DNA of 64,000 nucleotides from contig CAWHXE010000018.1 of NCBI GenBank assembly GCA_963833215.1, positions 170,970-234,969 of the forward strand, in the 5' to 3' direction. A program made the translations under genes and the position numbers. The DNA comes from an uncultured Cytophagales bacterium (GTDB lineage: Bacteria > Bacteroidota > Bacteroidia > Cytophagales > Cyclobacteriaceae). Each line of letters opens with the position of its first letter. Within the stretch, counting starts at the first letter, position 1. The notes beneath the pieces are model-generated. The model made no database searches. It was not told where the DNA came from and saw only the letters and a program-made list of their open reading frames with translations. Positions 20,908 to 30,952 of the stretch are shown here, in pieces.

Positions 20908-23379
20908 CTACTCGCGGTAATATACTCGTTTCACACGTTCGCCGACTTTAGTCAGCAGTTCGTAGGGGATGCTCTCCAGCGGTTTGGCCAACTGCCACAG
21001 CGTTTCCTGATCCTCAAAAATGATTACCTCGTCGCCTTCTTCCACGCCCAGGCCGGTCACGTCTACCATGATCATGTCCATGCACACCCGCCCCACGGTG
21101 GGCACCCAGTGTCCGCGGATTTTCACGCGGGCCCGCCCGTTGCCGAAGCGGCGGTCGAAGCCATCGGCGTAGCCAATGGCGATGGTGGCCGTCTGCGTGG
21201 GCCGATCAATTACTCCCTGCCGACTGTAGCCCACCGTGTCGCCCGCCCGCAACTGCTTCACCTGCGACACTACCGTTCGGAGCCGCGCCACCGGCCGCAG
21301 GGCGTGCGGATCTTCGCCCCAGGTATCCACGCCGTACAGTCCGCCGCCCAGGCGCACCATGTCGTACTGGTAGTCCGGAAACCGCAGCATGCCCACCGTG
21401 TTGGCCACGTGCCGAATGGGCGTATAACCCAGCACCTCGATCAACCGTCGGCAACCCCGATCAAACAAGGCCACCTGTTGGTGGGTGAAGTCGTCGTGCT
21501 CGGTATGGTCGGAGGCCACCATGTGGCTAAAGATGCTGGCGACGTGCAGCGTAGGATGTTGCTGTAAAACCGTTACCAGTTGATTCCACTCACCCTCGAC
21601 GAAGCCCAGGCGGTGCATGCCGGTGTCGAGCTTCAGGTGTACGGGCGGCACGTGGGGCAGGTAGGGCATTTCGTCGATAAAGCTCTGCAGCAGGCGGAAG
21701 CTATACAGTTCGGGCTCCAGCCGGTAGTCGGCCATCTTACCGAAGCTGTCGGGCGAGGGGTTGAGCACGATGATCGGCAAACGAATGCCCCGCTCGCGCA
21801 GCGTAATGCCCTCGTCAACGTAGGCTACCATCAGGTAATCAATCTGGTGGTACTGCAGCAGGTTGGCCACCTCAAAGGCTGATCCGCCGTACGAAAAGGC
21901 TTTCACCACGCCCAGCACCCGCACGCCGGGTTGCAAGTGGCTGCGGTAGTAGTTCAGGTTGTCCATCACCGCGTCCAGGTTGATCTCCAGCACCGTGCCG
22001 TGAATCTTTTGCTGCAAACGCTGCACAATCTTTTCAAAGGCAAAGGCCCGCGCACCCTTCACCAGAATGCTCTCGTGACTGAACGAAGCCAGGTCCACCT
22101 CCCGAAGAAACTGCTCGGTGGCGGGGTAGGCTTCGTAGGTGAAAGCAGCGTCCGCAAAAATAGTAGTTGCCTCACGCATGCGAGGGCCAATGCCAATTAG
22201 TCGGTTAACGTGATGATTTTCTAGTAGCTCCCGCACCTCATGGTAGAGTTCGTTTTCCGGCTGACCGGTTTGCAGCATGTCCGATACGATCACGGTCTTC
22301 CGGTCGTGCTGCAACTGCTGGTTTAGAAAGTCTAAGGCCATCCCGAAGCTGGCCATGTCGTGGCTGTAACTGTCGTCGACCAGGTGGCAATAGTTGATGC
22401 CCTGCTTCAGCTCCAGCCGCATGGCCACGCGTTGCAGGTGCCGCAGCCCGTCTTGGATGGTGGCGGCCTCATAACCCGCGTCCAGCATAAACACCATACC
22501 GTGTAAGGCATTTTCCAGGGAAGCTTCATCCTGAAAAGGCAAGACAAACAAATAGTTGAGGTCCGCGCTTGCTACGTGCACCGTTAGTTGCGTGTTCTTT
22601 CCCTGCGGTTCTGCCCGTACGCGGTACGCGGCCGCCGGGGCATCGTTGAGCGACCACGTGAGGTGCTGCCGGTCGGGGTACATTTCCTGCAATATTGTTT
22701 GTATCGGTTCTGCTTCGTAGCGGTAGATGATTTTCTCCGCTTCCGCAAAGAGTAGTGCCTTTTCCTGAATTTTTTGGGTGCGACTAGCAAAACCCTCGTC
22801 GTGGGCGGGGCCAATGTTGGTGAAGATGCCTACCGTAGGGCGAATTACCCGGGCCACCCGCGCCATTTCGCCGGGTCGGGAAATGCCGGCTTCAAAGATG
22901 CCCAATTGGTGCCGCTCGTTGAGGCCCCACACCGACAGGGGCACACCGATCTGCGAGTTGTAGCTCTTCGGACTTATCGCCACCGCCTGGTGCGGGCTAA
23001 GCAATTGGTAGAGCCATTCTTTTACGATCGTTTTCCCGTTGCTACCGGTGAGCCCGATCACCGGTATGATGAACTGCTGCCGGTGCGCGGCTACCAGCTC
23101 CTGAAGTGCCGTGATGCCGTGGTCCACTTGCAGGACGTTCGCTTCGGGTAAGGGGTGAGCTACTGGTTTCTCTACCACAAACTGCCGCACCCCGCGGGCG
23201 TAAAGTTCGGGGATGAACCGGTGCCCATCGTGGTGCAGGCCGTCTATGGCAAAAAACAGGGTTTCCGCACCCCCGTCGCCCCGCCGACTGTCGGTGAGCA
23301 AATAGCGCACGGGGCGCTTGAGATCATGCATGCCCAGCAGCGTACCCCCGAGAATGTCCGGCAAGTCAGAAAAGCGCAT
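20908..23379 (-). CDS. murF: Bifunctional UDP-N-acetylmuramoyl-tripeptide--D-alanyl-D-alanine ligase (MurF) / alanine racemase
   Basis: 823 aa. N-terminal Mur ligase domains (GLTGSNGKT...) and a C-terminal alanine racemase fold (AVVKAFSYGGSAFEVAN...). Confidence 0.85.
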   Translation of the reverse strand: MRFSDLPDILGGTLLGMHDLKRPVRYLLTDSRRGDGGAETLFFAIDGLHHDGHRFIPELYARGVRQFVVEKPVAHPLPEANVLQVDHGITALQELVAAHRQQFIIPVIGLTGSNGKTIVKEWLYQLLSPHQAVAISPKSYNSQIGVPLSVWGLNERHQLGIFEAGISRPGEMARVARVIRPTVGIFTNIGPAHDEGFASRTQKIQEKALLFAEAEKIIYRYEAEPIQTILQEMYPDRQHLTWSLNDAPAAAYRVRAEPQGKNTQLTVHVASADLNYLFVLPFQDEASLENALHGMVFMLDAGYEAATIQDGLRHLQRVAMRLELKQGINYCHLVDDSYSHDMASFGMALDFLNQQLQHDRKTVIVSDMLQTGQPENELYHEVRELLENHHVNRLIGIGPRMREATTIFADAAFTYEAYPATEQFLREVDLASFSHESILVKGARAFAFEKIVQRLQQKIHGTVLEINLDAVMDNLNYYRSHLQPGVRVLGVVKAFSYGGSAFEVANLLQYHQIDYLMVAYVDEGITLRERGIRLPIIVLNPSPDSFGKMADYRLEPELYSFRLLQSFIDEMPYLPHVPPVHLKLDTGMHRLGFVEGEWNQLVTVLQQHPTLHVASIFSHMVASDHTEHDDFTHQQVALFDRGCRRLIEVLGYTPIRHVANTVGMLRFPDYQYDMVRLGGGLYGVDTWGEDPHALRPVARLRTVVSQVKQLRAGDTVGYSRQGVIDRPTQTATIAIGYADGFDRRFGNGRARVKIRGHWVPTVGRVCMDMIMVDVTGLGVEEGDEVIIFEDQETLWQLAKPLESIPYELLTKVGERVKRVYYRE

Positions 23380-23421
23380 GAGATCTAGTGATAAGTCAAA
23401 CGGGAGGGCAAGGTACTAAAA

Positions 23422-25397
23422 TCAGGATATCTCCTCCAATTCCACTTCCAGATAGTAGGACAGCAGTTGAATAAGTTTCTCAAACTCGATGGGCTTGGTG
23501 GTGTAGTCGTTCATGCCGGCGGCCCGGGCTTCGGCCTGTTGCTCCTCGAAGGCGTCGGCCGACATGGCGATGATGGGCAGGTCGCGGTGAGCGGGGTTCT
23601 GCCGCAGCAGGCGGGTAGCTTCCAGTCCGTCCATCACGGGCATATGAATGTCCATGAGCACCAGGTTGGGTTTCAACTCCGCTACGCGCTCGATGCCTTC
23701 CTTACCGTTATTGGCCAGGTGCAGCGTGATGCCCAGGCGCTTGAACAGGGCCACCACGACCAACTGATTCACTTTATTGTCTTCTACCAGCAGCACGCTG
23801 TTTTCGGAGGTGAAGTGATACTTGCCCGGCGTCAGGGTGCGAACTTCCGGCTCGGCCTCGGAGCAGGCGGCTTCCACGTAAGGAAGGGTGAGCGTGAAGG
23901 TGCTGCCCTGGCCCACCGCGCTCTCCAGCGAAAGCGTTCCGCCAAGGATGGCAACCAGCTTCTGGGTGATGGATAGCCCCAGTCCGGTGCCGCCGTACTT
24001 TCGGGTGATGGTATTATCGGCCTGCTCGAAGGGCTCAAAGATGCTTGCTTGCCGCTCGGGTGGGATGCCGATGCCCTGGTCGGTCACGCTAAACTGAAGT
24101 ACTTTGGCCGTGGGGTTGGCGGCCAGTGCCAGTACCACACTTTTTCCCTCGTCCGTGAACTTGATGGCGTTCGACACCAGGTTCATCAGAATTTGGTTGA
24201 GCATGGTGCGGTCGGTCTCAATGCACCCGGGAACGCCTTCTCCGGCTTCGTAAGTGAATTTCACTCCCTTTTCCATCGCTTTGATGCGGTTGATCTGGTA
24301 GGTCCCTTTGCAGACCGCTTCCACCGCAACGGCACCCTTGGAAAGGTTGAACTTACCCGCCTCAATCTTTGATAGGTCCAGGATGTTGTTGATCAGCTCG
24401 GCCAGGTTTTTCCCGCTCATCCGCACATTTTCCAGGTACTGCAAGAAACGAGGGGGCACATTGGCCACCTCAATCTCGTTAATCATAATCTCGCTGAAGC
24501 CCACAATGGCGTTCAGGGGAGTACGTATCTCGTGGCTCATGTTGGCCAGAAAGTTCGACTTGGCCTGGTTGGCGGCTTCAGCCTGGGTGCGGGCGGCTTC
24601 CACGTCGGACAACGATTTTTTCAGACGATTTCGGCTGTCACGCAGATCCTGCGTTTGGGTATTCACCTCTTTTTCCAGATTGAGGCGGTGCTGTTCCAAT
24701 TGCTCGTTGAGCACGATGAGTTCTTCCTGGTGCTGTAGCAATTGTTCTTTGTTGACCGACAGTTCGTAGTACTGTTCAAACATTTCCGAAAAAGGAATTT
24801 CTCTTGTTGCTTGGTGAACACCCAGAACACAATACCATTGAATACGATGCCCACCAGAAAGATGCTCCATCGAATATACTGGCTTAGGATGCTGCCTTCT
24901 TCATGCACTCGCGGAAAGAGCTGATAGTCTGACCAGATTATTAAAATAAAGGCCAAAAAAGGCAATGCCACCCCAATACGCACCAGGGCTTTTTCCTTCT
25001 TATCAGCAATGATAAAGGGGTATCCTACTAGGGTTACCACCAAAACTTCCACCAATCCGTTTTTCCCCAGCGCTGAGGCGTAGACCAAAGCTAGAAAACT
25101 GAATACAATCAAGAAGACGTACTTAGCAGCGATGTGGTAGCGCAAGCGGTTTAGGAGAGGGGGAATTAGCAATGTCACTCCGCAACCAGCCGACACCCAA
25201 ATCATGATACGGTCGGCCTCCAAGAGCAGATACGTTATTGCGTAGAAAGTGGCAATAGAAGACCCAAGAATGCTGAATATCGAAACAAGCTGAATCCGAC
25301 TTTTTGCCTCATTCTGAAAGAGAAACTCGTTCAGTGACGTGCGTGCGTTTGCGTATCCGCTCGCCAACTTTGATAAACATGACAATACCAATTGCAT
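23422..25397 (-). CDS. Hybrid sensor histidine kinase/response regulator (N-terminal multi-TM sensor, HisKA, HATPase_c, REC); frameshift near 24795-24805
   Basis: 24663..25397 encodes ~6 TM helices, then leaves frame. 23422..24870 continues with the H-box (SHEIRTPLNAI), HATPase and a REC domain (LLVEDNKVNQ...D...). Confidence 0.75.
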
Positions 25398-25657
25398 ACT
25401 TCAGTAGGAAAGTAATTGGCCCAAGATGGTGGTTTGACCATTAATGAGGAAGTCGCTTGTGCCCTGAATACTACTAGTGACAGTTTTTGCTCTTTATTAC
25501 TTATTTCGCTGGTGTACGAAACCGAACAGTAGTGTGCGAATACGAACAGTAATCATTTCTCTGGTTTTTCACAACAATCTGATTATCAGACTTATGCGCA
25601 ATTGGCACTGTGCTTGAATTACCTCAGGTGTTTATTGAAAACCTAAACCCAACCGTC

Positions 25658-26581
25658 ATGAAAATTGCTTATTACTTTCTGTCCGCGCTCTTGGTTCCGA
25701 TGATGGTCCAGGCCAGCGACGATCCTTATCTCACCAAAACCTTCACGCTGAGCAGTCCGGGCAACCTGGAAGTGAATACTTCCGGCGGAAGTATCGACGT
25801 GGTCGGCACCTCGGGCAACCAGGTCACCGTAGAAATGTACGTGAAGCCCAACGGTGGGTGGAGCCTGTTCGGCAGCGACGATGATGAAATAGAAGAGGCG
25901 CTAGAAGATTACTCCATCGACATTCGCCAGGAAGGTTCTACCGTGATTGCCACCGCCGAACGCCAGGGGAGCAACTGGGGCAACAGCAAGGTGAGCATCT
26001 CCTTCAAGGTGATGGTGCCCACCAGCATCTCGTGCGACCTGTCTACCAGCGGCGGCTCCATCAGTGTCGCCGACGTTGAGGGTGAGCACGATATCCGTAC
26101 CAGCGGCGGCAGCCTCAACTTCGACCGCCTCAGTGGCACCACCAAAGCGCATACCTCGGGCGGCAGCATCAACGTGAACGACTACCAGGGCAAACTCGAT
26201 GCCAACACCAGCGGCGGATCCATTCGGGTGGACGGCTCCGAAGGCGAAGCGATGCTGAAAACCTCAGGCGGCAGCATTAACCTAGAAAACATTCGCGGTA
26301 GCCTGGAAGCGCGCACCAGTGGGGGCAGCATCCGCGCCGACGTGGAAGAGCTAGGCAAATTTCTGACCCTACGAACCAGCGGCGGCGGCATCACGGCCAC
26401 CATTCCCGGCGGACAAGGACTCGATCTGGATTTATCGGGCAACCGGGTGAACACCAAGTTGGTGAACTTTACCGGCGAGTCGGACAAAAACAGCATCAAC
26501 GGCAGCGTGAACGGCGGGGGCGTGCCGGTGAACCTGCACACCTCGGGCGGCTCGGTAACACTGGATTATCAGGGGATGTAA
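25658..26581 (+). CDS. DUF4097-family beta-strand repeat protein (putative adhesin-like, YvlB-type)
   Basis: Signal peptide MKIAYYFLSALLVPMMVQA followed by many TSGGSI(x) repeats. Confidence 0.75.
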   Translation: MKIAYYFLSALLVPMMVQASDDPYLTKTFTLSSPGNLEVNTSGGSIDVVGTSGNQVTVEMYVKPNGGWSLFGSDDDEIEEALEDYSIDIRQEGSTVIATAERQGSNWGNSKVSISFKVMVPTSISCDLSTSGGSISVADVEGEHDIRTSGGSLNFDRLSGTTKAHTSGGSINVNDYQGKLDANTSGGSIRVDGSEGEAMLKTSGGSINLENIRGSLEARTSGGSIRADVEELGKFLTLRTSGGGITATIPGGQGLDLDLSGNRVNTKLVNFTGESDKNSINGSVNGGGVPVNLHTSGGSVTLDYQGM

Positions 26582-26731
26582 GCGGCCAGCGTCGTTATTC
26601 TTTTGGGCAGTCGCTATGTCCGGCTGAAAAGCCGGATGTCTAGCTTACCAAATGGCAAAGTTGGCAACAACATCCCCGCGCTGGGCACCCAGCGTGGGGC
26701 GTCCTACGATACGCTCTGAACAGTTAACTCC

Positions 26732-26968
26732 TTACGCCGCTCTGCGCAGGTGCAGTCGGGTGGCAACCCAGCCCCAGGCTCGGCCTGTTGGTTGAAGGCG
26801 GGGTACAGTGGTCTTTTTGATGATAACTTCGCGGCTTGACTGCGGCATACCTTTGGGCCAGGGCTTGTCAAAATTGAAGTCCATTTGTGAAGTTTCGTAG
26901 GCAATCAGTCCGACCTTTCCTAGAAAGAACAAAGCGCCAATGCTTGATAAAACGAGAATGGTTTCCAT
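26732..26968 (-). CDS. Small hypothetical membrane protein
   Basis: 78 aa with one N-terminal TM helix (ILVLSSIGALFFLGKVGLIAY). No family recognised. Confidence 0.2.
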   Translation of the reverse strand: METILVLSSIGALFFLGKVGLIAYETSQMDFNFDKPWPKGMPQSSREVIIKKTTVPRLQPTGRAWGWVATRLHLRRAA

Positions 26969-27275
26969 ACGAGTAAAAGATTAAAGTTGGTTTGTAATAG
27001 GGTAGTAAGCGTCCGTCCTTGGAATGTAACCTAGGTAGCGCAAAAATTTACCAGCACCACGCTAGGGCGTGTTGACGTATAGGTTGACGAGGGCTTTCGG
27101 TTCGTCGTCCGTGAAGGCGAATTCCTGGTAGATCACAGCCGAGCGGTTACATGAACTAGGAGCCAATGGCAATCCATTCGCTATTTACATGACGATACGC
27201 GTTGCTTTATGAGACAGCGTTGCTCGTCGAGAGATAACTGCTGAGAGCGAGCTTTTTATCAGTTATCCCTATTTT

Positions 27276-28406
27276 TTATTCATCTTCGTCCTGCTCCTTT
27301 TCGCGGTGAATCTCCGGCAGGCGATCGGGCGAAAGCAGACGGAGGCCAATGGCGTGGCGGGCGGCATCTTCGGTATGTTCACAGTAGACCAGATCGACCT
27401 GATGCTCCCGCAGTGCGTCGCCAATGCCTACGATCTCTACGTCGCGGTGGTCGGGCGTCACGTCGCGAATGTAAATTGCCAGGATGCGGCCCGGAAACTC
27501 TTCCACCACCTGCCGGTAGATTTCGGGGTCGTGCTGGCTGCTGTCGCCCACCAGCACGAAGCTGAGCGAGGGGTAGGTTTCCAGAATTCGCCGGATATTG
27601 CCCAATTTGTGGGTGTTGTGCGACGGCTGAATAAACATCGTCTCGTCCAGGCCCAGGTCGCGCAGCAGCACTGGCGCCCGCGGAATGTCCTGCATCTCGA
27701 AGAAGTCGATCAGCAGATCGTAGAAGTTCCAGGGACTGCTGGAGACAAAGAAGAACGGGTTGTGCGATTTTTCCAGACCGCCCACCTGCAGGGCCCGGTA
27801 GAAGGCCGCCACCCCCGGAAAGGGCAGCCGGGCCGTAGCATTTTCCATGAAGGCACGCCGAAACATCTGCAGCAACCGACCCACGTCCGACACCAGCACC
27901 GTGTCGTCGATGTCGGAAATAATCCCAAAGTCAGACTGCATATCCGGAATCAGCACTTCTCCGGTGGCGATCACCTCGCCCTGCTCTTCCACCACGGTAT
28001 CTAGCAACCGCAGTTGCACCGGATACCAGGCGGTCGTATCTTCCAGTTGCGTTTCGTCCACCGCGAAGGTCAGGCTAAAGTAGCCTTCTTCGTCGGTTTT
28101 CGCCACGCTGGTCTGCCCCTGAAACACGCCCTGAACCCGCACAAACGGAATCTCACGGCTACCAATGCGCTTGGCCGAGGCCACCAAATTCTGCCATACC
28201 ATATCGTCGGGCATGGGCTTCACCATCCCCGTGTCTTCCAGCACCCGCCCGGTGAGGGTCACCGCCTGCTCGTTGCCGTAGCCGCGGTAGGGCACAATCA
28301 TCACCGGTTTAATTAAGTCCAACCGCTTTCGAATGGCAAATTTGGTGCGATCAAAGGAATCTTCGATACGATCGAGCAGCGTGAGCAAAGAGTTGGGCGG
28401 TGGCAT
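27276..28406 (-). CDS. App1-family (DUF2183) phosphatase-like protein
   Basis: ~376 aa from MPPPNSLLTLL, with a DUF2183-like C-terminal region (...FFFVSSSPWNFYDLL...VLVGDSSQHDPEIY...). The track's upstream start at 28466 is also possible. Confidence 0.65.
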   Translation of the reverse strand: MPPPNSLLTLLDRIEDSFDRTKFAIRKRLDLIKPVMIVPYRGYGNEQAVTLTGRVLEDTGMVKPMPDDMVWQNLVASAKRIGSREIPFVRVQGVFQGQTSVAKTDEEGYFSLTFAVDETQLEDTTAWYPVQLRLLDTVVEEQGEVIATGEVLIPDMQSDFGIISDIDDTVLVSDVGRLLQMFRRAFMENATARLPFPGVAAFYRALQVGGLEKSHNPFFFVSSSPWNFYDLLIDFFEMQDIPRAPVLLRDLGLDETMFIQPSHNTHKLGNIRRILETYPSLSFVLVGDSSQHDPEIYRQVVEEFPGRILAIYIRDVTPDHRDVEIVGIGDALREHQVDLVYCEHTEDAARHAIGLRLLSPDRLPEIHREKEQDEDE

Positions 28407-28472
28407 AGCAGAATGACTAACTGAATATTTGGGGGGGAAGGTACGAAAAGCCCTCGGGCAGCGCAACCGTTT

Positions 28473-29249
28473 CTAGTGCTGTCGCATCCAGTGTTCCAGT
28501 TCGCCCACCTTCTTCTCCAGCAAGGCGATGCGCTCTTCCTGCATCGAGGGCGGATCAAGAATAGTGCTGTAGAAACCGTCCACTTTCCAGAGTTCTTGCC
28601 AGTTGTGTTTCGACCAGTCCAGGCGAATGAAGTTCGGATTGTCGGGGCGGAATTCCAGCGTTGGGGTGGTGCTGACCAGCCGACGAACGTAAATATTCTG
28701 GTCGGTCACCAGCACGTAGACTTCGTTTTTGCGCAGGTCTTTTTTCTCCACCGGCGAACACGACAGAATGTCGCCGTGCAGCAGGCCGTGGCCGTTAAAT
28801 TCCATCGCGTTATCCTGCACCTCAAAAGCGCGGGTCTTTTCGTACTGCGTGTTCGGTAGCCGGACAAACGGCAGGTTGTTGATGTAGTCCTTGTGGTCGT
28901 AGTTGACGATGTATTCCAGGTAGTTTTCTTTGACAACCAGTGGGGTGTCTTCCTTCCGGTGGTCTTTGTCCATCAACGCCAGCCGCTCGGCATCCTCAGC
29001 AGAAGTATCGTGCTCAATGATGTTGAGTTGATACAGTTCGTCAAAGGTCAGCTCTTTGGTGAGCAGCGTGTCAATAGAAAGACTAAAATGGTTGGCAATG
29101 CTAATGACTGTGTCTATTCGAGGTTCGGCCCGTCCCTCCTCATAAGAACCAACGCTGGCTCTAGATACACTAAATAGGTCTGAAAACTCATTCTGACTTA
29201 TTTTCTGAGCACTTCTAATCTTCTTTATGTTCTTTCCAATCACTGACAT
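28473..29249 (-). CDS. XRE-family HTH + S24 (LexA/CI-like) peptidase-domain transcriptional repressor
   Basis: N-terminal HTH (IKKIRSAQKISQNEFSDLFSVSRASVGSYEEG) and a C-terminal S24 fold. Start taken at the internal MSVIGK by track arithmetic. Confidence 0.7.
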   Translation of the reverse strand: MSVIGKNIKKIRSAQKISQNEFSDLFSVSRASVGSYEEGRAEPRIDTVISIANHFSLSIDTLLTKELTFDELYQLNIIEHDTSAEDAERLALMDKDHRKEDTPLVVKENYLEYIVNYDHKDYINNLPFVRLPNTQYEKTRAFEVQDNAMEFNGHGLLHGDILSCSPVEKKDLRKNEVYVLVTDQNIYVRRLVSTTPTLEFRPDNPNFIRLDWSKHNWQELWKVDGFYSTILDPPSMQEERIALLEKKVGELEHWMRQH

Positions 29250-29439
29250 ACAATATATTTTAGCCAACTTTATTAGTAATGATAACTTTATTAGCAAATC
29301 TACGTATTAATTATTATACTGCAAGAGCAATCCAAAACTATTCAGCAGTTATTTGCCAAACCTGACCCACCATCACCATGAAATCTTTTAAACAATTAAC
29401 GTATCTTATTTCCTCCCTAACCCTTTCGTGAAAGATGAT

Positions 29440-29556
29440 GAAGTTAGCCCGTGGCAACCAGCAGTAAGCCACCAATCACTATCCATCAATACCAATAACC
29501 CAAAACCTAATCCCTAATCCCCAAAACCTAATATCCACCCAAAAACCCCATAACCC
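29440..29556. repeat. Strand-skewed AC-rich tract with degenerate CCTAATCC repeats (GGGATTAGGGATTAGG on the opposite strand)
   Basis: The plus strand is almost free of G and T. The minus strand has six or more GGG/GGGG runs, including telomere-like TTAGGG units. Confidence 0.5.
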
Positions 29557-30279
29557 ATGAGCATTTTCAATCGACTATTTAAAGTAGGACAAGCCGAAGC
29601 GCACAATGCGATCAATAAGTTGGAAGATCCGATTAAACTCACCCAGCAGGGCATTCGCGATATGCGGACCGAACTAGACAAAGCCCTACAGGCAATGGCC
29701 GAAGTGAAGGCCATGAAAATCCGGGCGCAACGTGAGGTAAGAAACGCCGAACAACAGTCGCAAGACTATGAGCAAAAGGCCGTTCTGTTGCTTAAGAAAG
29801 CCGAAACCGGCGATATAGCACCGAGCGAAGCGGACCGACTAGCCACCGAAGCCCTGAATAGAAAAGAACGGGCCGACCAGGAAGCGAACCGCCTAAACGG
29901 AGAGCAACAGCAGTACGAGGCGTCCGTGAAAAAGCTGGAAGGCAACGTTGACGTGCTCAAGTCCAACATCAATACCTGGGAAAATGAGCTAAAGAACCTA
30001 GAAGCCCGCCTGAAAGTGAGCACGGCCACCAAATCGATCAACAAGCAAATGACCAGCATCGACACGTTGAGCACAACGGCGATGTTAGAGCGCATGAAAT
30101 CTAAGGTGGAAGCCGAAGAAGCGCTGGCCGAATCGTACGGCGAACTGGCGAACGAACTCGCAAAACGTCTGGACGCGGAAATCGAGGAAGCCCTGGGCGG
30201 CGGCGACAATCCGGCCGCTTCGGAAAAACTGCTGGAACTGAAAAAACGATTACAAGAAAACAACAACAACGATGCTTGA
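29557..30279 (+). CDS. pspA: PspA/IM30 (phage-shock protein A / Vipp1, ESCRT-III-like) family protein
   Basis: 240 aa, all coiled coil, typical PspA N-terminus (MSIFNRLFKVGQAEAHNAINKLEDPIKLTQQGIRDM...). Confidence 0.85.
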   Translation: MSIFNRLFKVGQAEAHNAINKLEDPIKLTQQGIRDMRTELDKALQAMAEVKAMKIRAQREVRNAEQQSQDYEQKAVLLLKKAETGDIAPSEADRLATEALNRKERADQEANRLNGEQQQYEASVKKLEGNVDVLKSNINTWENELKNLEARLKVSTATKSINKQMTSIDTLSTTAMLERMKSKVEAEEALAESYGELANELAKRLDAEIEEALGGGDNPAASEKLLELKKRLQENNNNDA

Positions 30280-30895
30280 GCTACTCGACGCTGCCGTTTC
30301 GGCCCCGAATATTATCCCCACCGCCGGGCTGGTGTTCGTACTGATCTACTGGCTGGTGGTCATCCTGGGAGCCATCGACCTGGACTTCTTCGATGTGGAC
30401 GTAGACTTGGAGGCCGAGGCCGACGTTGACGGAGAGTTGTCGGTGTCCTGGCTCAACCACGTGCTGGTTTTCTTCAACCTGGGCCAGGTGCCGTTCATGC
30501 TGTTTCTCACCTTCCTGGTGGTGCCCTGGTGGGCCATCACGGTGCTGGGCAACCACTACTCGGGCAACGAATCATTCGTGCTGTCGCTGCTGGTGCTGGT
30601 TCCCGCCCTGCTGGCTAGTTTGTTCATCGCCAAATTTCTGACCACGCCCTTCGTGCGGGTGTATCAGGCGCTGGACCAGGAAGACAATACGACACCGGTG
30701 GGAAAAATCTGTCAGATAACTTCCTCAGCCAGTCCCACAAAGGTGGGGCAAGCGCAGGTATCCACCAATGGCGCGCCCATTGTGCTCAACGTACGGGCCT
30801 ACGAGGGCAGTTCGCTGCTGGCGGGCGACTCAGCAATGGTCATTGAGTACGACGCCGGGCGCAACGTCTACTTGGTGGAACCCTACATCAGCTAA
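30272..30895 (+). CDS. YqiJ-like (DUF1449) membrane protein with a C-terminal NfeD-like OB-fold
   Basis: 207 aa with 3-4 TM helices and a C-terminal beta-rich domain (GKICQITSSASPTKVGQAQV...). It overlaps pspA by 8 nt. Confidence 0.7.
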   Translation: MLELLDAAVSAPNIIPTAGLVFVLIYWLVVILGAIDLDFFDVDVDLEAEADVDGELSVSWLNHVLVFFNLGQVPFMLFLTFLVVPWWAITVLGNHYSGNESFVLSLLVLVPALLASLFIAKFLTTPFVRVYQALDQEDNTTPVGKICQITSSASPTKVGQAQVSTNGAPIVLNVRAYEGSSLLAGDSAMVIEYDAGRNVYLVEPYIS

Positions 30896-30952
30896 CGACA
30901 TTCCGTCACTCTTTCATTCAATCATTTTATTTGCCACCTAAATAACCAAATC

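Noticed and set aside
20908-23379. murF-alr gene fusion as a novelty
   Set aside because: This fused architecture is common in Bacteroidota and is not specific to this locus.
26619-26641. CCGGCT-gaaa-AGCCGG hairpin after the DUF4097 gene as a terminator
   Set aside because: The stem is short (6 bp) and no U-run follows, so it is too weak to call.
29440-29556. Telomere-like TTAGGG repeats as evidence of a linear replicon end
   Set aside because: There are only two or three degenerate units, embedded between chromosomal genes. The tract is better explained as a G-rich regulatory or structural element.
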